DNA of 64,000 bases from a virus (taxonomy: Duplodnaviria; Caudoviricetes): the IMG/VR virus record IMGVR_UViG_3300042483_000388; one strand, given 5' to 3'. The notes below the pieces were generated by a model. The model was given only the letters and a program-made list of their open reading frames with translations. It made no database searches and was not told the origin of the DNA. Position numbers and translations under genes: made by a program. Of this stretch, positions 56,130 through 64,000 are shown piece after piece. Each line of letters starts with the position of its first letter. Within the stretch, counting starts at the first letter, position 1.

Positions 56130-58313
56130 ATGGCATACCAAAATATAAATCAGTATAATTACCCAAAACTTAAATTGAATGTCATTTATGATGGTCAGGA
56201 TATGTCTTTGGCATCTGATGAGGTGGATTTTAATCAAGAGGTTGTATTTTCGCCTTACTTAATTGCGGAAGGTGATGGTACAAGATTGCCGGTTTTTTTG
56301 GATTTAAACAACCCTCTTTCATCTCAGGGACTTACTTTAAATTATGGATCTTATAATCCTAACAATATTATTGTGTCGGAAAATTATTATGAGTATCCAG
56401 ATTTAAAATTAAATTGTTTTTCCGCTAGCACGACATGTGACATTGGTCTTACGGGTATTGATAATGGTTTAGTTAATCAAATTGAGGGTGAGACAATAAC
56501 TTTTACTAATGGTTTATTTTCCGATTATTTAAAGTTTAGTAGAGAGTATTTTGATAGAAGAATGAAATTTATTCAGGTGACAACCAACGTCCCACAAAAT
56601 CATAAGTTTTCTGGGGTTCCCGAATATACGTCCTACCAAATTGTATCAAAAGAAAATCCTCAGGTTGGTAAATATCACGAACTATATGGTGGATTCTATC
56701 AAGGGTTTTATAAGTTATTTGATTATGATTATGATATATTACCCGAAAGAATGAAAAAAGGTTGGTCTATTGAGTTATTATTAAAACCAAGGCTTTTTGA
56801 TGAATATACTCCACCTCCAGGATATACAACTTTAAATAGGATATACCCAAATAATAAGAACACATTCTTTTATATGGGAACAAGAGCTGAGAATAAATTT
56901 TATCATTATGCTGACGGATCACCAAAATGTGACCCAAGTTATACAAGAGTTACATCGGGATTAACAAATTGTTTTCAAACTTGCGCTTGTTGTAATTTAA
57001 CAATAACAAATAGCAGATGTATTTTTGTTTACCCACCAAGACCAAATAATGGTTTTTATAATCCATATGCAAATAATGGATGTAATGTTTGTAATAATGG
57101 TCAAACACAACAATATTGTGGATGTAGTTGTGGGGAAAACCCTTGTCTACCTTGTGGGTGGGAATGTAAAACACATATTTGTGATAACGTAATCCAACCA
57201 ACACCAACTCCAACACCAAGCCCAACACCAATAGTTCCGTGTGATGCACCCGTTACTCCCATCTGTACACCTACGTGTAGTAATTGTGCAAACAATGATT
57301 GTGATAGTTGTAACACTTGTGGATGTTGTCCTAGTTATGTTCCAACAGGATTTACATCAATAGAAAATACGTGTGAGGTAGACCCAAAAATGGACGCACT
57401 ATCTAACAATATTTCCATTAGATTATGTGGTGACCCTAAAAATCCTGGTATTGGTATTAGAGTTATTAAAATTACCGGATCGTGTGAAACAACAGGAACT
57501 TGTATAACGGGACAAACTTATGTTACCGGATATACAATACAGGATATTTGTACTCCACCAATATACCCTTATTGTTTATCGGTTAATCCTGCTTGGTTAG
57601 AGTTTGAACATTGGTTCCAAATAGATGTTGTTTGGGAAAGATATACATTCATTGATTATTGTGATTTAAGATGGTTCGGCGGTTTAGATGACATAACTAA
57701 AGTTAGGTATTTAGATTCTTTAGCGAACAACACCGTATCTCTTATAGAACCACCATACACTAATGGATTGGCAACACCAAAAACGGTAACAATTGTTGAG
57801 TTAAATCAAAAATGGTTGGACGACACAAAATTCAGGGAGGGTAGATTAAAAATATATATAAATGGTAAAATATTCTATGTTGTTGAAAACTTTGAGGAAG
57901 TTATTCCAAGGGGATTGGACACAGATAAAGAAAAACAAGTTGGGGTTCCGTTTAACATGTCTTGGGGTGGAGGAACTCAAGGTCTTCACGAAAACTTAAC
58001 ATTGTCAGCTTGTACCGCAACAACCATCGGAGAATTTATACAAGACCCGGAATGTTTCCCAGAAAATGTTTTAAGTTCAACAAGTTTAAATAGTTTAAAA
58101 ACTCACATCTTATTGGAAGAAAATTTTGGTGGAACATTTGATGGTGGTATTTCTCAGTTTAGATTCTACACTCAACCACTATCGTCACCTGAAGTTAAAC
58201 ATAATTTTAGTTTATTAAAAAATAAATTTATGATGTTTGATCCTGATTGTCCCGTTTGCGACACCTCAACTTGTGTTACTAACGATTTTACATATACAAT
58301 AATAAATGAATAA
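56130..58313 (+). CDS. large structural protein with Cys-rich insertion and LamG/ConA-like beta C-terminus
   Basis: 727 aa; HWFQIDVVW...GRLKIYING; FDGGISQFRFYTQPLS; late motif 56112-56118. Confidence 0.65.
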   Translation: MAYQNINQYNYPKLKLNVIYDGQDMSLASDEVDFNQEVVFSPYLIAEGDGTRLPVFLDLNNPLSSQGLTLNYGSYNPNNIIVSENYYEYPDLKLNCFSASTTCDIGLTGIDNGLVNQIEGETITFTNGLFSDYLKFSREYFDRRMKFIQVTTNVPQNHKFSGVPEYTSYQIVSKENPQVGKYHELYGGFYQGFYKLFDYDYDILPERMKKGWSIELLLKPRLFDEYTPPPGYTTLNRIYPNNKNTFFYMGTRAENKFYHYADGSPKCDPSYTRVTSGLTNCFQTCACCNLTITNSRCIFVYPPRPNNGFYNPYANNGCNVCNNGQTQQYCGCSCGENPCLPCGWECKTHICDNVIQPTPTPTPSPTPIVPCDAPVTPICTPTCSNCANNDCDSCNTCGCCPSYVPTGFTSIENTCEVDPKMDALSNNISIRLCGDPKNPGIGIRVIKITGSCETTGTCITGQTYVTGYTIQDICTPPIYPYCLSVNPAWLEFEHWFQIDVVWERYTFIDYCDLRWFGGLDDITKVRYLDSLANNTVSLIEPPYTNGLATPKTVTIVELNQKWLDDTKFREGRLKIYINGKIFYVVENFEEVIPRGLDTDKEKQVGVPFNMSWGGGTQGLHENLTLSACTATTIGEFIQDPECFPENVLSSTSLNSLKTHILLEENFGGTFDGGISQFRFYTQPLSSPEVKHNFSLLKNKFMMFDPDCPVCDTSTCVTNDFTYTIINE

Positions 58314-59546
58314 ATGAGTCAGAGTATAATAATTAATAGTGTTTTTTATGATGGTGAATTGGCCGAAGTGTTATTTACGCCCGACAATGATGATGTTGTT
58401 ATTAATTTTGAGGAAATATTATTGCCCTTTTTATTTGAACCAAATTTATTATACCCACCAAGAGAAATTTTTGGAACGTACACCATAAAACCTGTTTCAA
58501 CTAACTGCCCTTATTTTTTAAATGTTGTAAGACCAACACCAACACCAACACCGACAAATACCCCAACGCCTACACCAACACCTACACCGACTTCAACCGT
58601 TACTCCAACACCAACATTAGACCCTTGTAAACTTCCGAGTCCAACACCAACATCTACTTTAACACCGACACCAACTCCTACAATTAGTGTTACACCAACA
58701 CCAACACCAACTTGGAATGTATGTATAGAACCATTACCACCATTAGTCGTTACAATTTTATTGGAAATACTTCAAGGTTCTGTCATATTAAAAACTACAA
58801 TCACTTACAATAGATCATTAATAACTGACACATCAATTAAGTTTAATGCGATACTAACTACAAAAACAAATGAAAGAATTGTCATTCCAAAAGAAATTTT
58901 AATAAATGCGGGAACAAGTTTGGGGGTATTTGAAACAGTACTCGATATGGATTTTAATTCGTTATCAAATGTTGTGTTTATTGAAGATAGTCAAATTGAG
59001 GGTCATGATATTACTCCAAATTTTATAAAAGAAATAAAAAAACATTTACCACCAACTAACACTCCGACAAATACACCAACTCCAACACCAACAATAACTG
59101 CAACTTTGGGATCATCACCTACACCTACACCAACTAATACTCCAACTAATACTCCTACTAACACACCAACTAATACTCCTACTAACACACCAACACCAAC
59201 ACCAAGCACTACTACTATACCAAAAATATATTTTGGAAAATTAACAAACGCTAACTTCAATTCGGGAGATGAATTATTGTTGTCCACAATAGAAACATTA
59301 CAAACAATTAATTTACATTTGGAAATTGTTTCGGGATCGGGGTATGTTTATATTTTAATTCCAACGAATAGCGATCAACCTACAATGTTTAGAAATAGTG
59401 AATATGGTTGTAATGGCAATATAATTCCAATCATAACAAGACCAAATGTGAATATAGTTGACAATTTTGGCAATACTACTATTTATTCAATATATAGATC
59501 ATATGTTTCAACTTTTTCTAAAGTGGATGTATGGTTATGTGAATAA
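58314..59546 (+). CDS. structural protein with two Pro/Thr-rich linkers
   Basis: PTPT/PTNT tracts at ~58533-58712 and ~59049-59217. Confidence 0.7.
   Translation: MSQSIIINSVFYDGELAEVLFTPDNDDVVINFEEILLPFLFEPNLLYPPREIFGTYTIKPVSTNCPYFLNVVRPTPTPTPTNTPTPTPTPTPTSTVTPTPTLDPCKLPSPTPTSTLTPTPTPTISVTPTPTPTWNVCIEPLPPLVVTILLEILQGSVILKTTITYNRSLITDTSIKFNAILTTKTNERIVIPKEILINAGTSLGVFETVLDMDFNSLSNVVFIEDSQIEGHDITPNFIKEIKKHLPPTNTPTNTPTPTPTITATLGSSPTPTPTNTPTNTPTNTPTNTPTNTPTPTPSTTTIPKIYFGKLTNANFNSGDELLLSTIETLQTINLHLEIVSGSGYVYILIPTNSDQPTMFRNSEYGCNGNIIPIITRPNVNIVDNFGNTTIYSIYRSYVSTFSKVDVWLCE
59049..59217 (+). repeat. in-frame PT/PTNT low-complexity repeat
   Basis: CCAACTAATACT-type 12-nt units. Confidence 0.85.
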
Positions 59547-59567
59547 TAACATAATATGAATATTTAA

Positions 59568-60113
59568 ATGACCGATTTTAGTAACATCGGTGGGGTGGGG
59601 ATTATGGGCTTCATCTCCCCAATGAACACATTAGACAATTATGCCGTTATTGATCCTTTATATGGGGTCGATGGATTACGTAATGTTGACGAAGAATCGG
59701 ATTTAAATTCAATATCCTACGAAAGACGAAGACCTGGTATGATTGTCGGAACTGATGGAGGTTCTAAATTTTTCAAACTTAAAAATATTTTTTGGTCTTT
59801 TGAATTAACTGATTGGGAAGAAATCTTTTTTTTAAACACAACACAATTAAATTTCGTTCAAAATTTAATAACTAATTTTGTTAACCCACCTTCATTTGTC
59901 GATAGAGAATTAATGTTAGGGTCTATTGATGGCGTAAATAAAGAGTTTAAATTACAATTTACCCCCGAATTAAATTCGGAACACATATATTTAAACGGAC
60001 TTTTGCAAGATCAAGGCGAAAATAATGACTATACCATAAGTGGAAAAATAATAACCTTTAATATCTCTCCACAAATTTCAAGTAAAATAACATGTTCTTA
60101 TAGATTTTTTTAA
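59568..60113 (+). CDS. putative fibre-associated structural protein
   Basis: C-terminal DGVNKEF...YLNGLLQ...DY domain. Confidence 0.6.
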   Translation: MTDFSNIGGVGIMGFISPMNTLDNYAVIDPLYGVDGLRNVDEESDLNSISYERRRPGMIVGTDGGSKFFKLKNIFWSFELTDWEEIFFLNTTQLNFVQNLITNFVNPPSFVDRELMLGSIDGVNKEFKLQFTPELNSEHIYLNGLLQDQGENNDYTISGKIITFNISPQISSKITCSYRFF

Positions 60114-60179
60114 AAAAAATAATATAAATGGTAAACAACTTGAAAAGTAAAGATACTTATATATAGAAAAAAAATAAAA

Positions 60180-60413
60180 ATGGAAAACGTAGAAAAATAC
60201 ACAACAAGTGACCTATACTTGGGAGCTTATTTAAAATTGAAGGGGTTTAAAATGTCGTTAGAAAAACTAAATAATAAATCAGGTTTTGTTTTTGATAAAA
60301 CAAAGGAATTGCAAACAGAAGTTAATAATTATTTAAATGAGATGGGATCGTGTGACCCACTATTATATACCAATTCTATTAAAAATTTAAAAAATTTACT
60401 ATATCATTTGTAA
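60180..60413 (+). CDS. small protein, DUF5659-like
   Basis: YTTSDLYLGAYLKLKGF...FVF. Confidence 0.55.
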   Translation: MENVEKYTTSDLYLGAYLKLKGFKMSLEKLNNKSGFVFDKTKELQTEVNNYLNEMGSCDPLLYTNSIKNLKNLLYHL

Positions 60414-60640
60414 AAAGTTTGTCTTTTTCAAATGTTGTAGATATTTATCTATATATGTAAATTAATGTCGGTAATTCGACAATCTATTATTTATCTTCCC
60501 ATTTAAATTTATAAAAATATTTAGTGACTAATCATACAGATTAGTCAGGGCAATATGTTTATGTGTCATCCAACTCCCCTCAAGAGTTGAGGTGGAGGTG
60601 TAAAGAACACTTTTAATAAATAAATTAAAAATAAATTTTT

Positions 60641-63004
60641 ATGGCGACTACTAAAATAGTTTTAAATAATCAATCCGATTTGGTTCTAACTGGACCTACT
60701 ATTAGTTTACCAATAGGTATTGTTAAATCCGACATCCCATCTTTGGTTCAGGATCTTATTGGTCTTGGTGCTGCTGATGCTGCTGAAGCGGTTTCTCGTG
60801 CAAATGGAGACGTTGCTCTTCAGGCCGCATTGACACTTGCCGAAAACACATTAAACGCTGCCATTGTTTCTGGTGATGCCGCAGTAACTTCTGCATTAAA
60901 CGCATACAAGACGTTAAATGATGCTGCTCTCGCTTCTGAAGTAAGTTCAAGAAGTGCTGGTGATATCTCATTACAATCAGCTATCAATGCTGAGACATCT
61001 CGTGCAACTGCCGCTGAAGGTGTATTAACCACAGATTTAGGGGCTGAGGTAACTCGTGCGACTAACGCTGAAGGTGTTCTACAATCAAACATCAATACTG
61101 AACAGGCAAGAGCTGAGGCCGCTGAATTGTCAAACGCAAATGCAATCTCTACTGAAACACTTTCAAGAATTGCTGATGTAAACGCTGAACAACTCCGAGC
61201 TGAAACTGCAGAAAACCAATTGTCTGCTGATTTATCTACTGAGTCTGCAAATAGAGTGGCTGGTGACAGCGACAACTTGGCGGCAATAAACTTGGAAAAA
61301 GGAAGAATTGATGCTATCCTATTGGCCTCTGACGCAAACAAAGACAGCTTTGCTGAAATCGTTTCCTTAATCAACTCTGTTGATACAACAAATGATCAGG
61401 CTTTCGCTTCTTACGTTCTTTCTAATGATGCCTCTTTGGCTTCTGAGGTAACCGCTCGTGAATTTGGTGATTCAACTTTAACATCTAACTTGAATTCTGA
61501 AGTAATTCGTGCAACTGCTGCTGAGGGTGTATTAACCACAAACTTGTCTGCTGAGGTAACTCGTGCAACTGCTGCTGAGAGTTCATTAAGAAGTGACTTA
61601 ACTTCTGAGACAAATAACAGAACTTCCGCTGACTTAATGATCACAACTAATCTAAATGGTGAAATTGCTGATCGTATTGCTGGTGATGCAACTTTAACAA
61701 CCGACTTGGGTGCTGAAGTATCTCGTGCAACCCTTGCTGAAGGTGTATTAAGATCTGATTTAGCTGATGAAGTACAAGATCGTATGGATGCTGTAAGTGC
61801 TGAAGCAACTGCAAGAATTGCAGGTGATTCAACTTTAACAACCAACTTGGCTTCTGAAGTATCTCGTGCAACTGCGGCTGAAGGAGTAATCTCTTCTAAC
61901 TTGTCTGCTGAGGTAATTCGTGCAACTGGTGCTGAAGGTGTATTAGGTGGTCGAATTGATTCTGAAATATCTCGTGCAACAGGTGCTGAAGGAGTATTAA
62001 CTACTGATTTGGCTAATGAAGTACAAGATCGTATGGATGCTGTAAGTTCTGAAGAAACTGCAAGAATCGCAGGTGATTCAACTTTAACAATGGGCTTGGC
62101 TTCTGAAGTATCTCGTGCAACTCTTGCTGAGAATCAAATAAAATCTGACTTGATTGCTGAAGAATCTCGTGCAACTCTTGCTGAGAATCAAATAAAATCT
62201 GACTTGATCGCTGAAGAATCTCGTGCAACTGCTGCTGAAGTTGTTTTACAAACAAACATTAACACGGAAAAAGGAAGAATCGACGCAATACTTGACGGAT
62301 CAACTGTTAATTTAGATCAATTCTCTGAAATCGTTGCTTTTGTTAATGGTATTGATTTAACTAATGATAGTGATCTTCTTACTGCGGTTACGAACATAAA
62401 CACTTCAATTACTGCTGAGGTAACTCGTGCTGAAGGTGCTGAAGGTATGTTAGACGGTAAAATTTCAACTGAAAAATCAAGAGCTGAGGCTGCTGAGTTA
62501 GTATTAACTAATAATTTATCAAGTGAAGTTTCTCGTGCAATGCTTGCTGAAGGTGCATTATCTAATAGAATCAATTCTGAAGAAGAAGCTCGTATTGCGG
62601 CTGATGGTTTATTAGACGGTAGAATTTCTAATATCCTATCAAACACAGACCTTACTGCGACAGATTCATTTTCTGAGGTGGTTTCCAAAGTTAACAACGG
62701 ATTGTCTAGTGTTAACGGTAATGCTGATCTTTTTGTAAAGGCAAACCGACCAAGTATGATTGGATTTGCAGATAGCCCTGACGGAATCAAAACTCAATTT
62801 GACGCAAGTGTTGAATTTGGTACTGAGATTGTATTCTTAAATGGTTTAATGCAATTGGCGGGTGTAGGATTAGACTATGAAGTAATATCTAAGCCTTCAG
62901 GTTTATCGATTACATGGTTTAGATCTCCTTCGTTAAGTGACAAAATCAATATATATGGCGTACCTTCTGGTACATCAATTGGTTCAGTTCCAACAATTGG
63001 ATAA
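60641..63004 (+). CDS. long coiled-coil fibre protein with 18-aa repeats
   Basis: Recurrent EV[ST]RAT[AL]AE; C-terminal FLNGLMQ...DY domain; 787 aa. Confidence 0.75.
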   Translation: MATTKIVLNNQSDLVLTGPTISLPIGIVKSDIPSLVQDLIGLGAADAAEAVSRANGDVALQAALTLAENTLNAAIVSGDAAVTSALNAYKTLNDAALASEVSSRSAGDISLQSAINAETSRATAAEGVLTTDLGAEVTRATNAEGVLQSNINTEQARAEAAELSNANAISTETLSRIADVNAEQLRAETAENQLSADLSTESANRVAGDSDNLAAINLEKGRIDAILLASDANKDSFAEIVSLINSVDTTNDQAFASYVLSNDASLASEVTAREFGDSTLTSNLNSEVIRATAAEGVLTTNLSAEVTRATAAESSLRSDLTSETNNRTSADLMITTNLNGEIADRIAGDATLTTDLGAEVSRATLAEGVLRSDLADEVQDRMDAVSAEATARIAGDSTLTTNLASEVSRATAAEGVISSNLSAEVIRATGAEGVLGGRIDSEISRATGAEGVLTTDLANEVQDRMDAVSSEETARIAGDSTLTMGLASEVSRATLAENQIKSDLIAEESRATLAENQIKSDLIAEESRATAAEVVLQTNINTEKGRIDAILDGSTVNLDQFSEIVAFVNGIDLTNDSDLLTAVTNINTSITAEVTRAEGAEGMLDGKISTEKSRAEAAELVLTNNLSSEVSRAMLAEGALSNRINSEEEARIAADGLLDGRISNILSNTDLTATDSFSEVVSKVNNGLSSVNGNADLFVKANRPSMIGFADSPDGIKTQFDASVEFGTEIVFLNGLMQLAGVGLDYEVISKPSGLSITWFRSPSLSDKINIYGVPSGTSIGSVPTIG
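62111..62235 (+). repeat. 54-nt near-exact tandem duplication (SRATLAENQIKSDLIAEE)
   Basis: TCTCGTGCAACT at 62111, 62165, 62219. Confidence 0.9.
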
Positions 63005-63020
63005 TATCTAATGGTTTAAC

Positions 63021-63054
63021 AAAAAAAAGGGGACTCTTAGGAGTCCCTTTTTTT
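63021..63054. terminator. bidirectional intrinsic terminator between convergent genes
   Basis: A8-GGGGACTC-TTAG-GAGTCCC-T7. Confidence 0.85.
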
Positions 63055-63063
63055 ATTTAGTTA

Positions 63064-63618
63064 CTATTGATTTGTTTGATTTATGAATTTTTTTATTATT
63101 TCATCTTTTTCTTCTTGAGTTTCAGAATGAACCCATAACCATAAAAAAGAACCAGAGACTGGTTGTAATTCTTTTTTCTTTTCTTCTATTGTTTTTTGTA
63201 TCAATAATATTTCATTTTTTTCAAAATCTATTCCAATATTAATTTTTTTTGAAATTTTATATAATGTTAGAAGATCATTTTTTTCATAAGCAATTTGAGA
63301 TTCATTATACCATTTTATTCTTATTTGACTATTTGTTTTATCGGGATGACATTCTTTGGCGATAGATCTAAAAATTCTTTTAATTGTTTTTTCTTCTTCT
63401 GATGTCACCTCATATTGTTTGTCTTTTTTTTTATCAAAATGAGAACTTGTTTCACCTGTAATAATTGAAGGTGAATACCCTAACTTTGTTGCCTCTTCCA
63501 TAAACTGAGGGGTGTAGTAAGACGTAAACTCGTCCACGTATTCTTTTTCAGACTCCAAAAGGGTTAACTCCTTTAGATATAGGTCTAACTTCATTTTATT
63601 CAACTTACTTTTCGACAT
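63064..63618 (-). CDS. J-domain (DnaJ-like) protein
   Basis: IKRIFRSIAKECHPDK (HPD motif); late motif 63624-63630. Confidence 0.75.
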   Translation of the reverse strand: MSKSKLNKMKLDLYLKELTLLESEKEYVDEFTSYYTPQFMEEATKLGYSPSIITGETSSHFDKKKDKQYEVTSEEEKTIKRIFRSIAKECHPDKTNSQIRIKWYNESQIAYEKNDLLTLYKISKKINIGIDFEKNEILLIQKTIEEKKKELQPVSGSFLWLWVHSETQEEKDEIIKKFINQTNQ

Positions 63619-63738
63619 TACATATAAATATGTTTGAGTTTATATTTATATAAGACACTAATTTAAATCCAATTATAATTTTTGGTTTAGATAAAAGTGA
63701 TTAATAATTTTAGTTAACAGTAATATTTATAAAATAAG

Positions 63739-64000
63739 ATGCCAGTATATAATAGATTAACAGATAGGTCAAAAGTTTCGGCGGTTACGTTAAACGACAT
63801 TTTTCATGTTGTGGTTACTGGTGATACATCACAAAGTCCACAAGGTTCATCATATTATGCACCTTTAAGTGATTTACAAACAATATTAAGTGGGTCAACA
63901 GGACCAAGCGGTACCTCAGGTACAAGCGGAATAAATGGAACATCAGGGTCAAATGGAACTTCAGGAACAAATGGTACTAATGGAACTTCAGGAACAAATG
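63739..64000 (+). CDS. collagen-like G-x-x repeat structural protein (runs off window)
   Basis: MPVYNRLTD...SGTSGTSGINGTSGSNGTSGTNGTNG; TATTTAT 63724-63730. Confidence 0.75.
   Translation, partial: MPVYNRLTDRSKVSAVTLNDIFHVVVTGDTSQSPQGSSYYAPLSDLQTILSGSTGPSGTSGTSGINGTSGSNGTSGTNGTNGTSGTN

Noticed and set aside
11343-62790. Many opposite-strand or alternate-frame ORFs in the track (e.g. 11343, 14287, 15076, 23843, 26033, 33994, 59003, 60820, 61411, 62317)
   Set aside because: They lie within longer genes with clear motifs and mirror repeat codon patterns; no independent signals
1-64000. Stop-codon recoding (as in Lak or some crAss-like phages)
   Set aside because: Conserved genes (TerL, portal, MCP, Gmd, ClpC) are full-length in code 11; TAG and TGA act as stops; no suppressor tRNA seen

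Overview
This window is part of a large T4-like (myovirus-type head module) phage genome, most likely a jumbo phage of a Bacteroidota host. The host inference rests on repeated TTTG-N19-21-TAnnTTTG promoters, no Shine-Dalgarno sites, a Bacteroidota-type bS21 and a Gly-resuming tmRNA; the genetic code looks standard. 0.1-7.2 kb is an RNA-rich region: six tRNAs, two tRNA-like elements sharing one acceptor stem (one carrying a ~100-nt structured insertion), a pseudoknot RNA, a ~900-nt ORF-free highly structured RNA (GOLLD/ROOL-like) and a tmRNA with an unusual 21-aa tag. The same region holds lysis-like genes, a DenV-family glycosylase and an M15 peptidase. 7-17 kb holds a Zn peptidase, CAP, N-domain-less ClpC, KTSC and nucleotidyltransferase genes. 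17-28 kb is the head module (TerL, portal, antisense bS21, prohead protease, scaffold, MCP, HNH). 28-37 kb encodes probable virion/baseplate proteins and a gp55-like late sigma factor. 37-53 kb is a glycan locus of about 11 glycosyltransferase-like ORFs (GT2, GT4, GT6, GT11, GT25, STELLO-like) with Gmd, ColD-like and Fcl/ColC-like enzymes, suggesting GDP-colitose and a blood-group-like glycan. 53-64 kb encodes a WYL-domain protein, Cys-rich and Pro/Thr-rich structural proteins, an 18-aa-repeat fibre and a J-domain protein. A sense-strand TATTTAT motif precedes more than 20 late genes, and many proteins share an amphipathic leader or tail ending in a hydrophobic-x-E motif that resembles a capsid-targeting/prohead-protease signal. 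All family calls come from motif recognition by eye; no database searches were run.
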